From a virus, in IMG/VR virus record IMGVR_UViG_3300033183_000491, positions 1 to 64,000 of that record: a stretch of 64,000 nucleotides of DNA; one strand, 5' to 3'. This document shows, piece after piece, positions 17,282 through 25,721 of the stretch. The translations under genes and the position numbers were made by a program. The notes below the pieces were generated by a model. That model made no database searches and was not told the origin of the DNA. It saw only the letters and a program-made list of their open reading frames with translations. Each line of letters begins with the position of its first letter. Position 1 is the first letter of the stretch.

Positions 17282-17910
17282 GAAACAAACTATTATTAGA
17301 AAACAAAAATCTAATTTCAGAAGGTTTAAGGTTTCATTTAATCGAGGGAATTAGTATTGAGAACAATATTTACAGACCTGGTTCTATAAAGTATTTTAAT
17401 CTTTTTAAAGAAGTTAGAGAATTATCAAAACAAGGTTTATATAATTTAAACGAAGTTGAAGATTATTTTATAAATGAGACTGAAATTGGAGAATGGGGCT
17501 TGTATAAAGGAGACTTAGTTCCTTTAGATTACCCTATATTCGAGAAAGATGAATCTTTGTCATTTGATACTTCTCGAGTTATTGAAGAAAAGAAAAAAAC
17601 AAAAACAAAACTCACAAAGAAGAATTCTTATAAAGGGAAAAAAGTAAAACTTAATAAACCAATGAGATCAAGTGGTCCAGGAAAATATAAAGTTTATGTT
17701 AAAAATCCAGATACTGGAAATATCATACAAGTTAATTTTGGATCAAGAGAAATGTCTGTAGGTATTAGTGATCCTGATAGGAGAAAATCTTTTGCTGCTC
17801 GTCATAAATGTCATCTAACTAAAGATAAAACAAAACCTAGATATTGGGCTTGTAGAACTGCAAGATATCCTTATTTAACAGGTAGTAAAAAGAAATATAC
17901 TTGGTGGTGA
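17278..17910 (+). CDS. leader-family protein with basic C-terminal domain
   Basis: MRNKLLLENKNLISEGL leader. C-terminus GKYKVYVKNPDTGNIIQVNFGS..DPDRRKSFAARHKC..RYWAC. Confidence 0.65.
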   Translation: MRNKLLLENKNLISEGLRFHLIEGISIENNIYRPGSIKYFNLFKEVRELSKQGLYNLNEVEDYFINETEIGEWGLYKGDLVPLDYPIFEKDESLSFDTSRVIEEKKKTKTKLTKKNSYKGKKVKLNKPMRSSGPGKYKVYVKNPDTGNIIQVNFGSREMSVGISDPDRRKSFAARHKCHLTKDKTKPRYWACRTARYPYLTGSKKKYTWW

Positions 17911-17919
17911 TTTTAATAT

Positions 17920-18435
17920 TTACTTGGTAACTTTTCTTTCAAATTCACCTTTTAGAAAGTTATTTAATTCTTTATTAATATCAAATTCATTTGGCATAAT
18001 ATCATCTTTTTTAGATTTAAATTTTTCTTTTAGGTAATCTATAAATTTATCTTCTATTTTATCGTCAAGAATCATTGAAGTCTTATCATCTAAGTCAAAC
18101 TGCCCTAGAAATCCTTTAAGACTATCATCGTCATCTCTCTGTGTAAGAACTTTAAGAGCTTCACCAGCATCCATTGTAGTACTCAATACTTCAGACCAAC
18201 CTCCTGTTGCTAGCATTAAAGCAGCTTTCATTGCTGTCTTGCCATATTTTTTAACGTTTTCTTTAGTTTTCAAATTTCCTTTTTCTTTTGTGATAATGTT
18301 TAAAGCATTAATAAAATCTCCGTAAGTCATTTGATTAGATATATCTTCTTCACCGGATACTTCTGTCGACAATTCTTCTTCTTGATTTTGTTCTAAAAGT
18401 AAAAAATTTCTAACATAATCTTTTATAACATTCAT
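17920..18435 (-). CDS. leader-family acidic protein
   Basis: MNVIKDYVRNFLLLEQ leader. Convergent with the plus-strand island. Confidence 0.6.
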   Translation of the reverse strand: MNVIKDYVRNFLLLEQNQEEELSTEVSGEEDISNQMTYGDFINALNIITKEKGNLKTKENVKKYGKTAMKAALMLATGGWSEVLSTTMDAGEALKVLTQRDDDDSLKGFLGQFDLDDKTSMILDDKIEDKFIDYLKEKFKSKKDDIMPNEFDINKELNNFLKGEFERKVTK

Positions 18436-18507
18436 TTAAATCTCTCTTAGCAAAATTATTATTAATTTGAATTTAATATTTACTTATTATATATAGGAGA
18501 AATTTAA

Positions 18508-18588
18508 ATGAAACCATATTATTATATTGCTGAAGTTGTATCTGTTTACGATGGAGATACATGTACTTGCGTCGTCGATTTTAAGTAA
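18508..18588 (+). pseudogene. 5' remnant of a staphylococcal-nuclease-like gene
   Basis: 26 codons, MKPYYYIAEVVSVYDGDTCTCVVDFK*, with its own AGGAG SD. Homologous to the N-terminus of 19569-19949 (YKYSAYVKDVYDGDTITVDISLGF) but divergent at synonymous sites. Confidence 0.6.
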
Positions 18589-18628
18589 ATGATGATGATA
18601 CTTATAAATATAATTATAGGAGTTTACA

Positions 18629-19579
18629 TTGGAAAAAATAGAAATCACCAAAGAATTGTTAATTAAAAAATATTGGGAAGAAAATTTATCGCTTACAGAT
18701 ATTGCGAAAGATTTAGGCTGGTCTAGAAGACATATATATCAATGTATGAAAAATTTTGAAATCCCAAGAAGAAAGTTAAGTCAATCAAATAAAGGTTCCA
18801 AAAATAGTCAATATAAGTCTGGCGAATTTCGTGACAAACAAGTTTTAATCGAATTAATTGAAAAAAATATGTCGACCAGAGAAATAGCTGATTATTTAAA
18901 TATATCACATACTACGATTTCAAGACAATTAAGAAAGTTTGACTTAAAAACAAAAAGGTTTTTAAATCCTAATTATAAAAAAGGAATTGATCATCATTTA
19001 GTTACTGAAGAAACCATTAGAGAGAAAATATGCCCCATATGTAAAGGTAAAAAAGGAAGAAAATCTAAAGTTTGTATCAAATGTTACGATGTTTCAGGAA
19101 TCAACAATCCAAACTTTGGGAAAAAACATTCTGCCGAAACTAGAAAAAAAATGTCTGAAAGGATGATTGAACGCAGAAAATCAAAAAATTATATAGACCC
19201 GATGAAAAATCCAGAATACGTTAAAAAAATTAGAGTAACAAGGCTTAAAAGCATCGAAGAAAGATGTGGTCAAATTATGCCTAATTATAATCAAAGTTCA
19301 ATCCCTATTATTGAAAACTTTGGAAAAAACAATAATTTAAATTTTAAGCATGCAGAAAATGGAGGAGAATTTCACATTAAAGATCTTGGATATTTTTTAG
19401 ATGCATATGATGAAAAAAATAATGTAGTGTTAGAAATAGACGAAAAGTATCACTTTAATATAGATGGTAGTTTAAGAGAAAAAGATATAATTAGACAAAA
19501 AGAAATAATAGAATATCTTGGGTGTAAGTTTATTAGATATAATATCGAAACTAAGGAAGTTACTGTGTATGAACAATAA
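18629..19579 (+). CDS. free-standing homing-endonuclease-like protein (2 HTH + NUMOD3 + Vsr/DUF559-like PD-(D/E)xK nuclease)
   Basis: HTH units LSLTDIAKDLGWSRRHIYQCM and MSTREIADYLNISHTTISRQL. NUMOD3-like NPNFGKKHSAETRKKMSE. C-terminus VLEIDEKYHF..REKDIIRQKEIIEYLGCKFIRY. TTG start with AGGAG SD. Confidence 0.7.
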   Translation: MEKIEITKELLIKKYWEENLSLTDIAKDLGWSRRHIYQCMKNFEIPRRKLSQSNKGSKNSQYKSGEFRDKQVLIELIEKNMSTREIADYLNISHTTISRQLRKFDLKTKRFLNPNYKKGIDHHLVTEETIREKICPICKGKKGRKSKVCIKCYDVSGINNPNFGKKHSAETRKKMSERMIERRKSKNYIDPMKNPEYVKKIRVTRLKSIEERCGQIMPNYNQSSIPIIENFGKNNNLNFKHAENGGEFHIKDLGYFLDAYDEKNNVVLEIDEKYHFNIDGSLREKDIIRQKEIIEYLGCKFIRYNIETKEVTVYEQ

Positions 19580-19949
19580 AGATAATTTATATAAATATAG
19601 TGCGTATGTAAAAGACGTTTATGATGGTGATACAATTACAGTTGATATTTCATTAGGGTTTCATGTTACCATGACAGATATTAAAGTTAGATTAGTTGGA
19701 ATTGATACTCCTGAAATTAGAACAAAAGACAAAGAAGAAAAGACAAAAGGTCTTGAAACAAGAGACTGGCTTAGAGAAAGAATCCTTGGAAAGAAAATAT
19801 TACTCCATACAAAAGAGAGAGGAAAATTTGGTAGATGGCTTGGAATGATCTGGAGTCTTGAAGAGGATAAACCTTTATTCGAAAACAGTTATAATAAACA
19901 ATTGATTAATGAAGGTTTCGCAAAAGAGTACTGGGGTGGCAAGAGATAA
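19569..19949 (+). CDS. staphylococcal-nuclease-like (thermonuclease) protein
   Basis: VYDGDTITVD..KVRLVGIDTPE..GRWLGMIW pattern. Start moved to ATG 19569 (MNNKDN), which overlaps the HEG stop. Confidence 0.75.
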   Translation: MNNKDNLYKYSAYVKDVYDGDTITVDISLGFHVTMTDIKVRLVGIDTPEIRTKDKEEKTKGLETRDWLRERILGKKILLHTKERGKFGRWLGMIWSLEEDKPLFENSYNKQLINEGFAKEYWGGKR

Positions 19950-19950
19950 G

Positions 19951-21699
19951 ATGATTTATAAAAATTATAAAATTAAAGACATTCTTTCAGAAAGATCTTT
20001 TGAATTAAAGTTTGAAGACGAATTTAAAAAAGACGAAAAAAATCTTGAAAACAATATTAACACATCAGAAATATCTTCTTTAAGTAATATCGATTTAATT
20101 GATTATTTTTGTAAAGATAAATCGATAAATGTAAAAATGAAAAATAATCAAAGTGTTAAATCTTTACAACATTTATTAAAAATATCTACACTGTTTAAGC
20201 TTACTGAAGAGTTTGATGATTCTCTTTTGGAATCTTATAAACTAAGTAAAATCTTGATCGAAAATAAAAAATCTAAATCTAAAAACGTAGAAGATTTTAT
20301 TCAAGATGTATCAAATTATCTAAGGCAATCTGTTTATTCTCCTAATTTAGATAACCCAAAAGAATTTTCATGTGATTATTTTCATATGATTTCGTCAAAA
20401 GAAAAAGACAAAACTATTGTTTTAATAGAAGTTTTTAATCTTTTAGATTTAATCAATGAAAGTAGTAGAGTAAGTAAATCTTTTGGCCATGTTTGTGAAG
20501 ATTTAGTTTGTTCAAGTTTTATAAATAATTACGAGTTTATTCCAAATAAAGAAAAACTTTATGTTTCAATATTATTAATGATTCTCAAAGAAGAAAATAA
20601 TCTTATAGATTTTTCTACTTTTGCTAACAAGCTAAAATCTCAGAATATAGTTTTTTATAAAACATTTTTAAATAAATATAAAAATACAATTTCTAGTTCT
20701 AACATTAAAGATATTCTAAATAATATTATACCAAATGGAAGACTAATAGACGCTAATAAAGAATTATACAAGAATTGTGAATTTGATTTTATTTTAGTAA
20801 ACGACAAAAACGAATCTTCTTTAATAGATTTAAAATCTCACAAAGAAAATTCAAGTAGCTTTTCTTCAAATACAATATCAGGGTCTGAGTCTGGATTTGC
20901 TTATGCAATTAAAACTTTATTAGATAAAAAAGAATATAAGGATTTAAAATTTAACTCTATATGCTTAATAAAGTTTGAAAGAAAAATTAACTCTTCATAC
21001 GATTTTGAGTTAGTCAAATCTGAAGTGAGAGTTTCTGATCTTGATAAAGACATGATAAGTTTATTTGAGAAAACTATTTCTAGTGAAAAGTCAAAAGAAA
21101 AAAAGACATTAAGTCTTAAAAATTGTAGTGTTATATCTTCAAAAGAAGATGAAGCTCCTAACTTTTTAGAAGACTTTGTTACAATAAGCAAAGAAACATT
21201 AGAAGAAATTCAAAGAAAGGAAGTTGATAAAATCAATTCAACTTTTGGATTAGATTCAGATTATAATATAACATTCGATAATATTACAGAAATAAATGAA
21301 AACAATTTGTTTGAAGTTAAAAATTCAATATATCAGATTCTTACAAAACTTAAAAAAGGTGATGAAGACGAATTATATTTTATTTTTAGTGACGAAAACA
21401 AAATAAAAGTTTTAGAATTTTTCACAAGATCTAAAATTTACGATGGAACAAAAGATGGATTATCTGGTGAAGGAAAATTAATAAATTTATCTAAAAGAGA
21501 AAACTTCACTAAAAGAAGTTTAATTTCGATTATTAGTAAAACGATCTTTAATGATGAAAATAAATATTCTAACTTAATAAATGCTATATCAATTTTAGAT
21601 ATTAACTTATCAAATTCAGGCCAAGTATCGAGTGGAAATCAAACTTATTCTACTGAAAGGTGTGAAAGAGAATTTAATAGAATAAGAGAAGAATTATAA
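19951..21699 (+). CDS. large hypothetical protein (possible PD-(D/E)xK core)
   Basis: 582 aa, Asn/Lys/Ser-rich. EFDFILVNDKNESSLIDLKSH resembles a D..(D/E)xK nuclease core. Start moved to ATG 19951, just after the nuclease stop. Confidence 0.6.
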   Translation: MIYKNYKIKDILSERSFELKFEDEFKKDEKNLENNINTSEISSLSNIDLIDYFCKDKSINVKMKNNQSVKSLQHLLKISTLFKLTEEFDDSLLESYKLSKILIENKKSKSKNVEDFIQDVSNYLRQSVYSPNLDNPKEFSCDYFHMISSKEKDKTIVLIEVFNLLDLINESSRVSKSFGHVCEDLVCSSFINNYEFIPNKEKLYVSILLMILKEENNLIDFSTFANKLKSQNIVFYKTFLNKYKNTISSSNIKDILNNIIPNGRLIDANKELYKNCEFDFILVNDKNESSLIDLKSHKENSSSFSSNTISGSESGFAYAIKTLLDKKEYKDLKFNSICLIKFERKINSSYDFELVKSEVRVSDLDKDMISLFEKTISSEKSKEKKTLSLKNCSVISSKEDEAPNFLEDFVTISKETLEEIQRKEVDKINSTFGLDSDYNITFDNITEINENNLFEVKNSIYQILTKLKKGDEDELYFIFSDENKIKVLEFFTRSKIYDGTKDGLSGEGKLINLSKRENFTKRSLISIISKTIFNDENKYSNLINAISILDINLSNSGQVSSGNQTYSTERCEREFNRIREEL

Positions 21700-21701
21700 T
21701 A

Positions 21702-22976
21702 TTATCTGTTAATATCAAAGTCTAGTATAACAATATTATTTGGTGAATATTTGTCTGATGGTCTTATACCAATATTTCTAGAGTCTAGATCTTTTGTATT
21801 AATATATGAAAATGATTTTTTAAAAATTAAAAAGTCACGTCCTGGTTTTATATTTTCATTAAAATTTTGATCATTAAATTCTAAATCTAAAATGTTTGAT
21901 AAATTAATTTTTATATCTTTTAAAAACTTTTGATATGAATCATCAGTTTTAATTTCTTTTGAATAATCAATTAGAGTTTGTGTAACTAATGACTTAAACT
22001 GGAATGAATCATTAATAGAAAACGATGTTACTTTATCAAATGTCGGAAATAATTTTTTTAATACGTTTAGATCATTGATTAAATTAAGAGGAATAACTTT
22101 TTCACATATTATCCAAACAGGGTTAGTATTTTGTTTATCATAATCATAAACATTAACAAAAATACTTTGAGCTGATTTTCCATGTATCCCTTTAGATATA
22201 TCAACTTCGTTTGAATTTGTAATTAATCCTTTATTTTTCTTAGCAATCTTTATAACAAAAAAATCATTATCAGAAAAATAAACTTTTCTTTCTGCACCTT
22301 CATTAGTTTCAGACGAAAAAAATCCTAAATTGTTTAAAATATCTTCAGATTGTTTTATATAAAAATCATAAAAAGATCTAAATAATAAAAATTCATTTTG
22401 TAATTTAGGAATTACTTTTTTTAAATCATTGTCAAGAAACAAATTAAAATAACAAGACAAATAAATTTTATCTTCATCAGACAATAGACTTTTATCAATA
22501 GATTTTAAAGTAATATCTGAAGTTTTTAATCTTAGAAGAATATCATATAAATCATAATCATTAATAGATTTAGTATTTAAAAGAGAAAAATCTATATTAT
22601 TTACTAAATCTTTTTTAACTTGACTTGTTAATTTTCTAAGTAATTTAAATTTTTCATGTGGATTTAATGATTTAAATAGATCTAAATAATTAATATTTAT
22701 ATTATTTAAAGACCTTGAAATCTCTGTAATTTTATTTGATGATAAACTTGTATAATTTTCATTTAATTCAGAAATATAATTTAATAATTTTTTATATACA
22801 TGATGATTAATTTCATTTACATCTTCATTTGCATATCTTGCCCTAACAGCAGATTTTGCTTTTTCTTTAGACGTATGACAAGATAATTTTTTATTATCAC
22901 CTTTTTTAGTAATAATAAACTTACCTTTATTTCCGCTAGAGTCTTTACAATTCTTTTTTTTAATAGAGTAAGGCAT
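21702..22976 (-). CDS. protein-kinase-like fold protein (paralog of 14692-15753) with an N-terminal basic module
   Basis: EGAERKVYF..FVIKIA..VYDYDKQNTNPVWIICEKV..DLDSRNIGI..VILDFD aligns motif for motif with 14692-15753. An internal leader-like segment is HHVYKKLLNYISELNEN. Confidence 0.5.
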   Translation of the reverse strand: MPYSIKKKNCKDSSGNKGKFIITKKGDNKKLSCHTSKEKAKSAVRARYANEDVNEINHHVYKKLLNYISELNENYTSLSSNKITEISRSLNNININYLDLFKSLNPHEKFKLLRKLTSQVKKDLVNNIDFSLLNTKSINDYDLYDILLRLKTSDITLKSIDKSLLSDEDKIYLSCYFNLFLDNDLKKVIPKLQNEFLLFRSFYDFYIKQSEDILNNLGFFSSETNEGAERKVYFSDNDFFVIKIAKKNKGLITNSNEVDISKGIHGKSAQSIFVNVYDYDKQNTNPVWIICEKVIPLNLINDLNVLKKLFPTFDKVTSFSINDSFQFKSLVTQTLIDYSKEIKTDDSYQKFLKDIKINLSNILDLEFNDQNFNENIKPGRDFLIFKKSFSYINTKDLDSRNIGIRPSDKYSPNNIVILDFDINR

Positions 22977-22980
22977 TGTA

Positions 22981-23292
22981 TTAAATTACCTTTCTTATAC
23001 TTTCTCTAATATCAGATTCAGATATTTCATTGTCCATACATAATTTAGATATTTTTGAACTTAAATAATTTGTAACTGTTTCTAAATCTGCACTACTCTT
23101 TGCTAATTTATAATGACACCATTGTGGTAAATCATCTTCGTCATTTAAGACTGTGTATAGATTATACAGATCTCTTGCCATTGTTAGCAAAGTTAATTTT
23201 GCCATATGGCCTTCTCTTGAGTCTGATTTTATTTTTCCATAATCTAAATTTCTGCCATTCATAATGATTTTTCCTTTTATGTTAATTTTCAC
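22981..23292 (-). CDS. hypothetical protein
   Basis: 103-aa ORF that overlaps the upstream stop by 11 nt. Confidence 0.55.
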   Translation of the reverse strand: MKINIKGKIIMNGRNLDYGKIKSDSREGHMAKLTLLTMARDLYNLYTVLNDEDDLPQWCHYKLAKSSADLETVTNYLSSKISKLCMDNEISESDIRESIRKVI

Positions 23293-25027
23293 ATGGTAAT
23301 ATTAAACATGATGATCTAGGAAGATTCGATTCCATAGCTTCTTCACAAGAGTTTGCTAAAGATAATTCAGGAGCCCAACTCCAAGTATTCATCATTATAT
23401 ATCCTGAATGTGTTGGAAATCCATTTAATGTATAAGTAATGATTTCTGATAGTTTTACATATCTGCTTGTTTGTCTAAAAAATATTCCAAATCTTCCTCT
23501 TGGAATATATCCACTATAACTAAACGTTGTCGAACTACTGCTTGAATCAACAATTGTTTGTGAAATACTTTCACTATTTCCTTCCGTAACAACCTTACCA
23601 CTACTACTACTCTCAGACATATTCCAAACCCTACCAGAGGATAAGGAAAATGACTCTGTTAATGAGTTTGATGTAGAACTTGATAAAACATATGCCCCAG
23701 ATAAAGAGTGACTTCTAGAATCATTCTGTGAACTTCCATAAGATCTACCACTTTGTGAAGATCCTCCTGTAGAATATCCTCTACTATTTGTATTAGATTG
23801 ACTTTCTCCTGAAGTGTTTGTTTCTCCCCAATTTCTTGAAACACCTGCTGATACATCAACTTTTCCACTAGCTTTAGCTAAAAATGGTAATGATCCTTCT
23901 CCACTTACACCTACTGTTGTCGAAGCATTAACTCCTGTATTTGTATTATTGCTTTGAGATTGACTTTGCGTTTCTGAATTTGATTCACCTAATGACCAAG
24001 CCCAGTTTTCTCCGTCTGTAGTATTAAATGATATATTATTAGACTCTGACTCTGAATTTGTCGTAGTATAAGAATCTGATTGAGTTTCTGAATTAGACAT
24101 GGACGAAGACAAAACTGTAGATTCTGTTTGTCCTATAGATATTCCTTCTGATGTCGATATACTATTACTATTAGAAAAACTATCAGACCAACTTTTATTT
24201 ATATTAATAGATACGCTATTTTGTCTTGTTTCTGATTCTGATTCTGAATATTGAACATTACTTCCAACAGATCCTGGAATACATCCTGTAACTGGGACAG
24301 GTTCAAATATTTCAGCTAATTCATACTTTCCAAAATGTTTTATTTCTAAAGGTCTTACAACTTTAAATGGTAATTTAGTAATAGCAGAGTTACCATCATT
24401 ATCAGACGCAGTTATTTCTAATAAAGCAATATAATATGAAATGTCATCTGGGACTTTTTCTAAGACTATATTTTCTAAAATATCATTATCGACAGCTGAA
24501 TTGAATTTATGATTAAATTCATAACTGTTATAAGGAGTTGTAATTAAATAATTTATTTCTATTGCTGGTATTTTTAAAATATTAATTGATATATTATTAG
24601 GTAATAGATTTATAACATTACCGCTAAGTGTATCACAATTTTCTGTATGACAAAATTTATTTATAATAATCGAAGAATCTATATTAATATTAAATTCTTG
24701 ATTTATTTTTTCTTCGTAATTGTCAATGTCACAAGATAATTTATAATTTTCATATGAAGGAATATCTAAATTTAGAAATCTATTTATTATAAATTTGTCA
24801 TTTTCTCTTGATAAATAATAATCTTCAATACTGGAATTATTTCTAGAGTTTTTTAAAGAACATTTTATTTCATTAATATTAATGTCTTTATTTATTATAT
24901 TAAATTCTACTCTTTCTCCAGAAGTGAGTGAATTATTCTTTAACTCTAGTATTTGATTACTACTGTAATAAGCTTCTGAACAAGAAAGAGACAATAAAGA
25001 TATTAAGACTAATAAAATATTTTTCAT
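23282..25027 (-). CDS. predicted lipoprotein with a long Ser/Thr/Asn-rich region
   Basis: Lipobox LLSLSC-SE. About 250 aa of S/T/N-rich alternating sequence (SVSININKSWSDSFSNSNSISTSEG...). C-terminus RGRFGIFFRQTSRYV..CLILPCEN. Possibly a beta-rich surface or pore-forming protein. Confidence 0.55.
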   Translation of the reverse strand: MKNILLVLISLLSLSCSEAYYSSNQILELKNNSLTSGERVEFNIINKDININEIKCSLKNSRNNSSIEDYYLSRENDKFIINRFLNLDIPSYENYKLSCDIDNYEEKINQEFNINIDSSIIINKFCHTENCDTLSGNVINLLPNNISINILKIPAIEINYLITTPYNSYEFNHKFNSAVDNDILENIVLEKVPDDISYYIALLEITASDNDGNSAITKLPFKVVRPLEIKHFGKYELAEIFEPVPVTGCIPGSVGSNVQYSESESETRQNSVSININKSWSDSFSNSNSISTSEGISIGQTESTVLSSSMSNSETQSDSYTTTNSESESNNISFNTTDGENWAWSLGESNSETQSQSQSNNTNTGVNASTTVGVSGEGSLPFLAKASGKVDVSAGVSRNWGETNTSGESQSNTNSRGYSTGGSSQSGRSYGSSQNDSRSHSLSGAYVLSSSTSNSLTESFSLSSGRVWNMSESSSSGKVVTEGNSESISQTIVDSSSSSTTFSYSGYIPRGRFGIFFRQTSRYVKLSEIITYTLNGFPTHSGYIMMNTWSWAPELSLANSCEEAMESNLPRSSCLILPCEN

Positions 25028-25236
25028 TAAATTTCTTCTTCACACTTTTCTGTATGTTTGTAACTTTGCATTTTACACCAATTTAAAACAATAGATGTCT
25101 GTAGATCACTTAGTCCAAATTCAGACATAAGAATTAAGTGATTTAATTTACAACATTCATCGAACTCTTTTTTAGTAAAGTCTTGATTAGAAAAAGCTTT
25201 AGCTATAATCAGAATAATTTCGTCTTTTTTTTGCAT
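25027..25236 (-). CDS. hypothetical protein
   Basis: 69-aa ORF. Its start lies in an A8 run. Confidence 0.5.
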   Translation of the reverse strand: MQKKDEIILIIAKAFSNQDFTKKEFDECCKLNHLILMSEFGLSDLQTSIVLNWCKMQSYKHTEKCEEEI

Positions 25237-25402
25237 AATAATTATTTTCCTTATTAATTTTATAATCTATGTGATTATTGTCTTTTTTATAATTATTATG
25301 ATTTTTATCTGATTTATTAATACTTTCTACATTTCTTTTTTTCTTGAATACAAAAATATTCTTTAAGAGAAAAAACCAATCGCTCCACTCAGTCCTGTTC
25401 AA
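25199..25402 (-). CDS. hypothetical small protein (1 TM), start uncertain
   Basis: The track ORF 25199-25477 overlaps 25389-25721 by 89 nt. An internal TTG at 25402 has AAGGA 9 nt upstream and gives LNRTEWSDWFFLLKNIFVF... Confidence 0.3.
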   Translation of the reverse strand: MNRTEWSDWFFLLKNIFVFKKKRNVESINKSDKNHNNYKKDNNHIDYKINKENNYYAKKRRNYSDYS

Positions 25403-25721
25403 TTTTCTTTTTCCTTCTAGATCTTCTCTTTTTAGGAGTAACGACTTTTTCAGGAATGTCTTCTGGGGGTTTTTCAATTTGTTTTGGTTTTTCTAATACA
25501 GTATTATTAATTTCATCTTTAACCTGAAGATTTGATTGTTCTTCAATTTTAGATTTAATACTTTCAAATAATACTTCACTAGGAGGCATAACACCTTTAT
25601 TTCTAAAGATTTCTGAAATGCTTCTGTAATTAAGTTCTTTGTTTTTCAATAGGTAATTGTATAAACTAAAATTTTTCCTTTTACAGAACAAACTGAAGTT
25701 TATTAGATATCTGTCATTCAT
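25389..25721 (-). CDS. hypothetical protein with basic C-terminal tail
   Basis: 110 aa, ending TPKKRRSRRKKKIEQD. Confidence 0.5.
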   Translation of the reverse strand: MNDRYLINFSLFCKRKNFSLYNYLLKNKELNYRSISEIFRNKGVMPPSEVLFESIKSKIEEQSNLQVKDEINNTVLEKPKQIEKPPEDIPEKVVTPKKRRSRRKKKIEQD

